Origin: an uncultured virus (IMG/VR IMGVR_UViG_3300021963_000096)
Taxonomy: Duplodnaviria; Heunggongvirae; Uroviricota; Caudoviricetes
IMG/VR virus record: IMGVR_UViG_3300021963_000096
DNA length: 64,000 nucleotides
Reading direction: 5' to 3' (one strand)
The notes beneath the pieces were generated by a model. It worked only from the letters and a program-made list of their open reading frames with translations, was not told the DNA's origin and did no database searches. This document shows positions 54,600-62,487 of the stretch, one piece after another. The translations under genes and the position numbers were made by a program. Within the stretch, counting starts at the first letter, position 1. Each line of letters begins with the position of its first letter.

Positions 54600-55041
54600 T
54601 CGCCAAAAAAACCCGCACCGGTGACTGTTATGGTGCCCGAAATCCGTGGTGATGTCGCACGGTAAGGACCCTAATTGGCGAAGGGTAAACATAGTACTAT
54701 CCTTAACAGGACGTGGATCGGATATGCCTACAACCGGTTTACTATGTGAAAAACGCATTTTTAAAGGCTAAATGAGGGTTAATAGCCCACGACTATACTG
54801 TACGATAGCAGGTATTTTATAGTCCGCCGTCATAATAAGACTGAGCTCGAGGTACCGGATGACCGCCTCTGTAATGCTCTACTGCTGTGTGACATGTTCG
54901 ACTCGGATAATGTTCATCTTTTAGCCCGCAAGGGCTAAGTGTGACTGAACGATCTGGATAATATTAAAACTGCTTCGCAGTTAAATCTAAAAAAAATGTG
55001 TCTGAGCGTTAGCGAAAGACACGAGTGAGCATCGCTCACTC
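54600..55041 (+). ncRNA. putative large structured non-coding RNA / origin-like element (unassigned family)
   Basis: Only long intergenic gap in the window; about 45% GC by hand count (188/420 over 54601-55020); more than 10 complementary stems and up to three loop-mediated pseudoknots, several with G-U pairs favouring the + strand. Confidence 0.65.
54887..54965 (+). repeat. imperfect direct repeat pair flanking a GCAA-tetraloop hairpin
   Basis: GTGTGACaTGttCGActcGGATAATgTT (54887-54914) versus GTGTGAC-TGaaCGAtctGGATAATaTT (54939-54965). Confidence 0.7.
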
Positions 55042-55049
55042 CTAAATGA

Positions 55050-55056
55050 ATAAATA
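55050..55056 (+). promoter_or_regulatory. T4-like late promoter core
   Basis: ATAAATA upstream of AGGA RBS and ATG 55080. Confidence 0.6.
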
Positions 55057-55079
55057 ATCATTATTAGGAATAGGTCTGT

Positions 55080-56183
55080 ATGAAAATAACTGACGTCATC
55101 ACTGAATCAAAAAAAGTTAATGAAGCACCTGTAGGTATGTTAAAAAGGGCTGGTCTAGGTATTGCTTCTAAATTAGGCAGTACTCGAGCTGCTGGAGCAC
55201 TAGATACTGCGGAAGTGGCTAACAATCTAAAAAAAGCCTTTAGTAGATTCCTAGGTCAAACAGGACAAAAACCTAATTCTGATAGCATTATCGCTTTCTT
55301 GCAGAGAAATAGCTTGCCTACTGACGGTGCTGAGAAAGCTATCCAACAGGCTGCTGCTGGTGCCGGTATACAAGTAGGACCTGCTAAAGATATGGCCGCA
55401 ACATTAGGCATTGGAAAAAATGCTGGCGGTCCTATGGCGACACCTAACCCAAAACCATCCGCAGGTACTAGCAGTGCAGAAGCTCCTCCCGAAGCTGGAG
55501 GCAGACCTGCTGCCGCGGAGCCTGCTGCCGCAGGCGGAACATCCGATGTAGATTATGACATTCCGGCATATAAGAGAAAAGGTATGCCTGAACCTACAAC
55601 TACACCAACTACACCAACTAACCCACAAGCTGATCTCAAAGCTAGACTTAAAGCTAAAAAAGGTGCTGGTAAAGTTAAAACTAATTTTAAAGCATATCAG
55701 AATGCTGCCAAAGCAAAAGGTCTAAACGCTGGTTTAGATTTATTTGGTAATCCTATCATGGAAGTTGATCTCAAAGGTTCAACTGTTGATAAAATTATTC
55801 TAGCCGCTGTACAAGATGCTATTAAGAATGGTATGGGACAGCAACTGTCCGCTGTGAGCTCTGGTAGCGGAGCAGGAGCTGCTGATGGTGGTGAAGAAGG
55901 TGATCAAGAACAGGGATTCATGGCTGGCATAAAGCGTGGAATTAAAGGTGGTGATCAACCAACACAAGCTAGAGGCAATGTTAATTACGGAAAATTAGGA
56001 GAGCTGCTGCCTGGTGTTGATCCTGCTCAACTAAGAAAAGCTGTCACTAACTCTCTAGCTGGCAGACCGTTGTCAAGAGAACAAATGGGTGTCATGGCAA
56101 CTGCGTTTGGTGAGGTTATTAAATTAGATCCTGCGGCAAAAACTCAGGTATTTCAATTACTCAAAGCAGTAAGAGCCGCTTAA
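55080..56183 (+). CDS. Ala/Gly/Pro-rich protein, possible head internal protein
   Basis: N-terminus MKITDVITE...VNEA resembles T4 capsid-targeting/prohead-protease (I/L/V-x-E) leaders; preceded by a late promoter. Confidence 0.55.
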   Translation: MKITDVITESKKVNEAPVGMLKRAGLGIASKLGSTRAAGALDTAEVANNLKKAFSRFLGQTGQKPNSDSIIAFLQRNSLPTDGAEKAIQQAAAGAGIQVGPAKDMAATLGIGKNAGGPMATPNPKPSAGTSSAEAPPEAGGRPAAAEPAAAGGTSDVDYDIPAYKRKGMPEPTTTPTTPTNPQADLKARLKAKKGAGKVKTNFKAYQNAAKAKGLNAGLDLFGNPIMEVDLKGSTVDKIILAAVQDAIKNGMGQQLSAVSSGSGAGAADGGEEGDQEQGFMAGIKRGIKGGDQPTQARGNVNYGKLGELLPGVDPAQLRKAVTNSLAGRPLSREQMGVMATAFGEVIKLDPAAKTQVFQLLKAVRAA

Positions 56184-56449
56184 AAAAACGGCAACCCAGA
56201 AGTTTTAGTTATGTCCATATTATCCTTGACTATTTCAAGGACAAGTTCTCTTTCGTCGTGGCTTAGATTCATCGCTTCAGCAAACGACAAACCACCACGC
56301 ATATACCAAACTGATCGCATAGCTTCTAACTTGATCTGTTTTGCCTGATCATCTAAGGCCTTCGACTCGGCTAATACTTCAGGAATACTTAACGTCGAAA
56401 GCCTTTGCCGAAAAAATCCGACTGATCCATAGTAAGTTCTACTTCCCAT
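56180..56449 (-). CDS. gp51-like baseplate/tail assembly factor, probably made as a -1 frameshift extension of the upstream ORF
   Basis: WYMRGGLSF.EA.NLS..ER pattern; no RBS before ATG 56449; overlaps the upstream ORF end at T-TTT-TTC. Confidence 0.6.
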   Translation of the reverse strand: MGSRTYYGSVGFFRQRLSTLSIPEVLAESKALDDQAKQIKLEAMRSVWYMRGGLSFAEAMNLSHDERELVLEIVKDNMDITKTSGLPFF

Positions 56450-57282
56450 TCATTGGCACAGTTTTGACATTTGCTGTGAAAGGTGCTAAGATTACCTGTT
56501 TCTCTGGTCTTGCTGACAGCATTATTAATCTGTTCAAAGATATTCTTATCAGTTTTTTGTAAAAATTCTTTTATGAACTCTGGATTGTCAGTCATGCCTG
56601 CTGAACTTTCAATACGAGTGATACATCTAACTGCGGTGTCGATGGTTAAATCGGTAAGTTTAATAAAACTTTCTTGAAACATCTTAAGTTTTTCTTGCTC
56701 GCTGATAGACTCATCGTTGATAATAGTGAATATCCTCTGATGCTCAAAAGCCTTTAATGCTGCTTTGGTAATTTCTTCATAGGTCATAGGTCTTAGATGA
56801 ACGACCATTTGATCTCCAATCTCAACTTTGGTATCAAATGTAATACTGTTTAATTTGTCTAAGACTGTGCGTAGATCAACGACAGCATCATTAGCATGAC
56901 TGCACTTAGGGCATCTAGCCACAACTTCCATATCTTCCCCGTAGGTTGCGATACGAATAGCAGATAAAATAGCATCAACATCTAGGCTAGGTACTTGCCA
57001 AGGATCGACGATATTAGGAATGCAGCTTGAGATTACTTCTTTCGTAGCTACTCCGTTCATCAAAGCATCGGGAGTCTTAAACAGTAGCTCGTCTCTAGCC
57101 GTCATAGCATAAACAGGATATTCATTGTTAGGAGTTCTTTTTAAGGCTCCTTCTGGATAAAAATTACCTTTTGACGGTAGAGACACATAGATTTTTGGCT
57201 GTCTAAAAAAACTAGACAACGGGTTTAAGTTTTGTTGAGGAGCAGACTGTGCTGCGACCTTACTTGGATCAAAATCTGACAT
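56389..57282 (-). CDS. baseplate hub assembly protein (T4 gp26-like)
   Basis: LPSKG.FY, MTARDE, D.DAIL.AIR.ATYG, CPKC and CQNC Zn pairs, terminal DFF. Confidence 0.8.
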   Translation of the reverse strand: MSDFDPSKVAAQSAPQQNLNPLSSFFRQPKIYVSLPSKGNFYPEGALKRTPNNEYPVYAMTARDELLFKTPDALMNGVATKEVISSCIPNIVDPWQVPSLDVDAILSAIRIATYGEDMEVVARCPKCSHANDAVVDLRTVLDKLNSITFDTKVEIGDQMVVHLRPMTYEEITKAALKAFEHQRIFTIINDESISEQEKLKMFQESFIKLTDLTIDTAVRCITRIESSAGMTDNPEFIKEFLQKTDKNIFEQINNAVSKTRETGNLSTFHSKCQNCANEWEVELTMDQSDFFGKGFRR

Positions 57283-57293
57283 GGTTTTCCACC

Positions 57294-57321
57294 TATAAAT
57301 AAATGTAGTAAGATATTTATA
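57294..57321. promoter_or_regulatory. pair of full-consensus T4 late promoters on opposite strands
   Basis: TATAAATA on + at 57294-57301 and TATAAATA on - at 57321-57314. Confidence 0.75.
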
Positions 57322-57361
57322 TACTCAGATTTTCTGGTATTTTAAACCTGGTGCTCAAAAA

Positions 57362-59965
57362 ATGGCAAAAACTTCAGTAGAAATCCTAGGCGGAAAATTA
57401 GATGGCACTGTAATTAATAACATGGCCAGCGAAGCCACGATGCGTGATCTGCTGGTTGCTGTTAAAAAAATGTCTGGGAGTACTACTGGTAGCTCATCAT
57501 CTTCTGGACCAGCAAAAAGTAAATCAAATTTAAAAAAGAATTTAGGAACTATGTCTAGTTTAGCCGACGGGCTAGGCGAACAAATAGGCAACGTGATTGG
57601 AGCAGTTGGCGGCATGGGTGCTATGCTTGCTGTAGGTAACACACGGATGAGTTCCTATACTAAAGCTCTAAACGATCAAGTAATATCTAAAATTCCTTTA
57701 GTAGGCGGCCTACTTGGTGGCCTCGGAGGTGTGATCAACAGCACCATAGAAGTCTTTGAAGAATGGAATGAAAGTCTTAAGAAAGGCACAGATTCTGGTG
57801 CTACATTCGGTAATAGCATATTAAGAGCATCAAAAGCAGCCACATCAGCAGCCATGGGCCTAGATGATTATATGGCGATGGTTAACAAGCATTCAACAAC
57901 AATGCTAAATCTAGGAGGAACTGTTACTGAAGGAGCAGAAAGATTTAGTAGAGTAGCTAAACAGATGAATAGGCAAGGCGGAACAGCGACCAAAACACTG
58001 AGACAAATGGGCTATTCAGCCGAAATGGTCAATGAAGCATTTTTACAATATGTTGAAATGACCGGAATGGGGCTACAGCAGAGCGGAATCACAGATAGAC
58101 AACTAGCAGAATCATTTGATACCTTTCAACTTAATTTAATTAGGATGGGCTATCTCACAGGACAGGGTGTAAAAAAACTCGAAGAACAGATGGCAGTAGC
58201 CAGTCAAGATATTGTATTCAGGATGCAGCTAGCAAAACTAAAAGATCCAAAACAACGAGATAAAGTCATGGCATCGCTGGTACAGTTTACTTCAATGTAC
58301 GGCGAAGCTGGAGCAGAATTATTCAAAGCGATATTTTTAGGAATGCCACCGGGCGGCGAAGATGCTAGGAATCTAATGGTGATGATTCCTGAATTGCCAG
58401 GGCTTATGAAAAAATCTTTAGATTCAGCTGTGAAGGGTAAAGCTTCTGTAGATGCTTATATTCAAGATAATGAAGACGTTTTAATTGACGCTATGGTAGC
58501 ATCAGCTAGAAGAGGCGAAGGTATTGAAGGAATGTTAGCTGCTGCCGGTTCAGGATACGCTGATGCTGAAAAACTTAGAAAATCTCTGATACCAATACTC
58601 ACACAGTTGAACAAGTACGGAGACATTGCTAATATTGATAGACTAAAATTAAAAGAGCTGTTCGCCAGTGCTAGAAGAGAAGCCAAAGATAGAGACGAAC
58701 TTACTCAATTTTTAAATAACATGTCGATGGCCTTTGAAGAATTAAAATTTGGGTTGATGGACTTTTTTATTCCGATGCTGGAGGATCTAGGAATTTACCT
58801 TGAAGAAAAAGACCTACCCGGCAAAGTTAAAGAATTCGGATTGTTTTTAAAAAATTCAGTTGAAAAATATCTACCAGACGTTATAACATTCTTTAAATGG
58901 CTAGGAGATGAAAATGGTAGATCTTATATCCTAAATGAAATGGGTTATTTTTTCAAACGGATGGCTGTAGAATTCGAATATTATGCCAAAGAAGCCTTTG
59001 GATTTGGTACAGCTGAAGAATACCAAGCATTAAAAAACGAAGAACTAGGTAAAATTAAAAAAGATTATGAGGATCAAAAAACCAAGCTAGCACCAAAATT
59101 GCCTGAGCGATATGTGCCACCACATAAAAGAGAAGGAGCAGCTAGAGAAGAACCGGCTGCTCCAGGAGCACGTCGTGAACAACGTCCTCCCTCGTCAGGC
59201 ACGATGTCCACGACTGGTCAAGGTCCCTTAGGTATACGTGATCAAACACAATATGCGGCAGATTTAGAGAGAGGCGGTTCTTTACAAAATATTCAAGGTA
59301 CAATTATCCATCATACCGGTGGTCGAGCTATGTCTGGAATGTACGCTACTTTAAGAAACAAAGGATTTTCTTATAATTACGCTATAGATCGAGAAGGAAA
59401 TATACATCAGATATTGCCAGACGGCACAGTAGCTTACCATGCTGGTAAAACTCCTAAGATGCCGCATCTTAGCAATCAAAACACATTAGGTATATCTTTA
59501 TTAGCCAACGACGATGCTGATATACTGCCTGTACAATTAGAAAAATTAGTAGAGTTACAGAAATTTCTAGCAGAAAAATACGGCTTCACAGCCACATCGG
59601 CATTTGGCCACGGTGAAACATCAGCTAAACAACCTACAGAAGGCGTCACAGGTGCTGGCCACATTAGACAAACTTTAAGTAAAGCAGGGGTTAGATCTCA
59701 TAAATCTGGAACACTGGGACAATACGGTTCTCTGTTTAAAGACTTCGGAGCTGGAACAAATGTAATATTAGATGACGTTGAAACTGTGATGACTCCTTCC
59801 CAGATGAATTCTATGATTGTTGGTTCTGGAAATATCGCTACAACTGAAATGTTACAGTCTTTAGATAGGAACTTTCAGAGATTAGTAACTATTATGTCAG
59901 AAAGAACTAACATATCTAAATCACAATTATCTTACATAGAACAAAATCAAACTAGGATAGCTTAA
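57362..59965 (+). CDS. tape-measure-like protein with an N-acetylmuramoyl-L-alanine amidase (Amidase_2) domain
   Basis: Long Ala/Gly/Met helical region; IIHHTGG...YNYAIDREG.I........AYHAG...N..TLGI...Q...L..L...L..KYG...GHGE. Confidence 0.75.
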   Translation: MAKTSVEILGGKLDGTVINNMASEATMRDLLVAVKKMSGSTTGSSSSSGPAKSKSNLKKNLGTMSSLADGLGEQIGNVIGAVGGMGAMLAVGNTRMSSYTKALNDQVISKIPLVGGLLGGLGGVINSTIEVFEEWNESLKKGTDSGATFGNSILRASKAATSAAMGLDDYMAMVNKHSTTMLNLGGTVTEGAERFSRVAKQMNRQGGTATKTLRQMGYSAEMVNEAFLQYVEMTGMGLQQSGITDRQLAESFDTFQLNLIRMGYLTGQGVKKLEEQMAVASQDIVFRMQLAKLKDPKQRDKVMASLVQFTSMYGEAGAELFKAIFLGMPPGGEDARNLMVMIPELPGLMKKSLDSAVKGKASVDAYIQDNEDVLIDAMVASARRGEGIEGMLAAAGSGYADAEKLRKSLIPILTQLNKYGDIANIDRLKLKELFASARREAKDRDELTQFLNNMSMAFEELKFGLMDFFIPMLEDLGIYLEEKDLPGKVKEFGLFLKNSVEKYLPDVITFFKWLGDENGRSYILNEMGYFFKRMAVEFEYYAKEAFGFGTAEEYQALKNEELGKIKKDYEDQKTKLAPKLPERYVPPHKREGAAREEPAAPGARREQRPPSSGTMSTTGQGPLGIRDQTQYAADLERGGSLQNIQGTIIHHTGGRAMSGMYATLRNKGFSYNYAIDREGNIHQILPDGTVAYHAGKTPKMPHLSNQNTLGISLLANDDADILPVQLEKLVELQKFLAEKYGFTATSAFGHGETSAKQPTEGVTGAGHIRQTLSKAGVRSHKSGTLGQYGSLFKDFGAGTNVILDDVETVMTPSQMNSMIVGSGNIATTEMLQSLDRNFQRLVTIMSERTNISKSQLSYIEQNQTRIA

Positions 59966-62472
59966 TGGCTAAAAATACTGTAGAATATTATAGCAGCAGT
60001 CTAGGTTCCGGAATTATTAATAATGCCGTATCCGAAGCTACACTTCAAGAGCTATTAAGAGCATTTGAAAATTATTCGACTAATTCCAATAGCGATGATG
60101 ACGACGATGTTTCTTCAACTATCGCTAAAACTAACAAAGTATTATCGGCTACTCGTAAAGCATTTTCATCTTTAGCAGCTGGTTTAGGACACACCGCATC
60201 AGCTGGAAAAAATTTCGTAACAATGATAGCACGTGGGGAAAATAAACTCAGTGCGTATAGTAAGTTTTTAGAAGAAGACCTAATAAAAAAATTACCAATA
60301 GTCGGTGATACACTGGGAAGTTTTGCTGAATTAGTTACAACAGGAATATCTATATTTGAAGAATGGAACGACGATCTAAGAAAAGCAAACTCATACGGAG
60401 TTACGTTTGGGCATAGTATTATAGAATTCAAATTAGCTGCTGTTGAAATGGGATTGTCAACCGATGAACTTGTTAATTTTGTAGCTAACAATCATGAAAA
60501 AATAGTTTCGTTTGGTGGCGGCACAATGACCAACGGCATGAGAGAATTTGCCAAACTATCAGGTAGGATGTTCATGGATTCTGATTACGTGTCAGATCAA
60601 TTAGATTCTATGGGTTATTCTTCAGTACAACAAAATGAATTATTAGCTGATTTTTATTTTACTACTCGACGAGGTAAACATCTACAAAGAAACAATTACG
60701 ATGATACTAGCAAAGAATTTCTAAGTTATGCTATCACGTTAGACAAGTATACAAAACTAACCGGACAAAATAGACAACAAAGACAACGAGCTACCGAAGC
60801 AGCAAGTTTAGATGTGTCGTATCAGTTGAAAGTTAACAAATTAACTGATACTGCAAGAAAAAGAATGGACGTTGCTCTAACCGGATTCTCTATGTTATTT
60901 GGTGAACAAGGTGCCGAGTTATTCAAAGCTAGAGAACTTAATGTAACAACTGCTAATGAAGTAGCATTGGCATTACAAACTGCTCTCGGACCCGATTTTG
61001 AAAAAGCTATAGGTAAAATGCAGGAGTTAGCTAAGTCAGGTGTTAGTGATAAGGTATTTGAAGAAACACTTGATAGCATATTAGGAGATCAGCTGGTGCG
61101 GGCTAAAACAGCTACTACTAAATTAGAAGACCTTCTTAAAAGTTCAGCATCAAATAATCAAGATGCTCAGAAATACGCTAAGGCATTATCCCCTGTGACT
61201 GAATATCTATTAAGACAAGGGGACTCAGTAGATGGAGTTAAAGGTCAATTTTTAGCAAACATAAAAAAAATCAAAGCTGAACAACAGAAGCAAGAACAGT
61301 TTACCAACATATTGAGAAAATTTCAACGTGCTGTTATGAAAGTTTATAGATCTTTTATGAAAAATTTAGTTCCTGTGTTTAAAGATCTAGCTAAAGAATT
61401 TAATATAGCAGCAACACCGCAAATATTGTTAGAGTTTAAAGATCAATTGATTTTTCTTGCTAAAAAAGCAATGCCATATGTTAAAAATTTCTTTGAAAAC
61501 ATTACAACTGAAGAAGGGTTAGATTTAATGGGAGGAACTTTTAAATCTATGTTTGAATGGTTGAGTTTGACATTAAAAGCATGGGTCAAGAAAGGCATGC
61601 AGGAATGGGCTCCGGATTGGTTAAGAAAAGTATTATTATGGATGGGAGTTTGGGACGACCCTGAAAAAATTAATCAGGCAAGTCGATCTGCCTACGACGA
61701 TTTTATGTACAAACTAGAACAGCTAATTAGTCCTGGCATGAAGGTGGATAGAGCACCTCCAAGTGAAGGAGCTGATACTCGTGTACCTATAACAATTAAT
61801 GGTCAAACTTTTTACGTGAGTAGAAATCAAATGGTTCGAGATTCAGAAGGTTTGTTTAGATTTTATTCTGGACGATTCCGATCTGATCGAGCGTATATCC
61901 AATCTCGAACCCCTCAGATGGAAGCAGAAGTTTTAAAACTAAGAGAAGGTCAGGTCTCGTCCAATGGTTTAAAAATAGCAGATGATCCTAGTGCTTTCGA
62001 CGGTCTAAATCTGTTACAAAGAGAAGCATTAATGGGTTGGATGACCCAGGATGTCTTAGGAACTAGAAATTCTAATTCTAAATTTGCTCCATACTTGGCT
62101 AGTCCTGAAGCTTACAAAACCGCTGACGAATATACTAGAAATCATATTAAAAGTTTCCTTTCTAATTCAGCGGTACAATCTCGAATAAAACAATTTAGAG
62201 AAGCATATCCTAAAACATTCGAAGGAATGAGAACAGGAACATTAGGCGTTCTTGGATCACTGTTTGGTAATTTTGGAAAAGGCACGCTAACTACATTACA
62301 CGGAAATGAGGCCGTAGCTACTCCTGCTCAATTACAAAAAGTTATCGAAACCGGCGGCCAAATCTCTGTCAGAGATGTAGTAAATCGTTTAAATAGTAAT
62401 ATTAATCGTATGATCACTCTAGCCAAAGAAGAAGTTAATTTAGAACGATCTAAACTATATGCTATGTCTTGA
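59965..62472 (+). CDS. second tape-measure-like protein (paralog of 57362..59965)
   Basis: Collinear similarity: INN.ASEAT..LL.A, FEEWN..L.K....G.TFG.SI, GAELFKA, GTLG..GSLF..FG.GT. Confidence 0.7.
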   Translation: MAKNTVEYYSSSLGSGIINNAVSEATLQELLRAFENYSTNSNSDDDDDVSSTIAKTNKVLSATRKAFSSLAAGLGHTASAGKNFVTMIARGENKLSAYSKFLEEDLIKKLPIVGDTLGSFAELVTTGISIFEEWNDDLRKANSYGVTFGHSIIEFKLAAVEMGLSTDELVNFVANNHEKIVSFGGGTMTNGMREFAKLSGRMFMDSDYVSDQLDSMGYSSVQQNELLADFYFTTRRGKHLQRNNYDDTSKEFLSYAITLDKYTKLTGQNRQQRQRATEAASLDVSYQLKVNKLTDTARKRMDVALTGFSMLFGEQGAELFKARELNVTTANEVALALQTALGPDFEKAIGKMQELAKSGVSDKVFEETLDSILGDQLVRAKTATTKLEDLLKSSASNNQDAQKYAKALSPVTEYLLRQGDSVDGVKGQFLANIKKIKAEQQKQEQFTNILRKFQRAVMKVYRSFMKNLVPVFKDLAKEFNIAATPQILLEFKDQLIFLAKKAMPYVKNFFENITTEEGLDLMGGTFKSMFEWLSLTLKAWVKKGMQEWAPDWLRKVLLWMGVWDDPEKINQASRSAYDDFMYKLEQLISPGMKVDRAPPSEGADTRVPITINGQTFYVSRNQMVRDSEGLFRFYSGRFRSDRAYIQSRTPQMEAEVLKLREGQVSSNGLKIADDPSAFDGLNLLQREALMGWMTQDVLGTRNSNSKFAPYLASPEAYKTADEYTRNHIKSFLSNSAVQSRIKQFREAYPKTFEGMRTGTLGVLGSLFGNFGKGTLTTLHGNEAVATPAQLQKVIETGGQISVRDVVNRLNSNINRMITLAKEEVNLERSKLYAMS

Positions 62473-62487
62473 TCACTGGAGAATAAA

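Noticed and set aside
54573..54758. 61-aa minus-strand ORF within the structured region
   Set aside because: No RBS or recognisable motif; antisense to the nuclease 3' end; probably incidental.
54789..54825. ACGACTA...TATAGTCC resembles the group I intron P7 (R/S) elements, next to a GIY-YIG gene
   Set aside because: No interrupted gene flanks it: gp46, the nuclease and 55080..56183 all look complete, and the last has its own promoter and RBS. The spacer is short for P3 plus P8, and I could not place P4-P6. A simple hairpin explains the pairing, though a covariance-model search should still test an intron-derived origin.
54887..54965. Mini CRISPR array
   Set aside because: Only two imperfect repeats, the intervening sequence is itself a hairpin, and there are no cas genes in the window.
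54600..55041. tmRNA, RNase P RNA or tRNA identity for the structured region
   Set aside because: No tRNA-like acceptor and T-arm ends, no GAGGAAAGUCC RNase P core, and no cloverleaf found by eye.
55598..55620. 9-bp tandem repeat (ACTACACCA) in ORF 55080..56183
   Set aside because: About two and a half in-frame copies encoding a Thr-Thr-Pro linker; ordinary low complexity.
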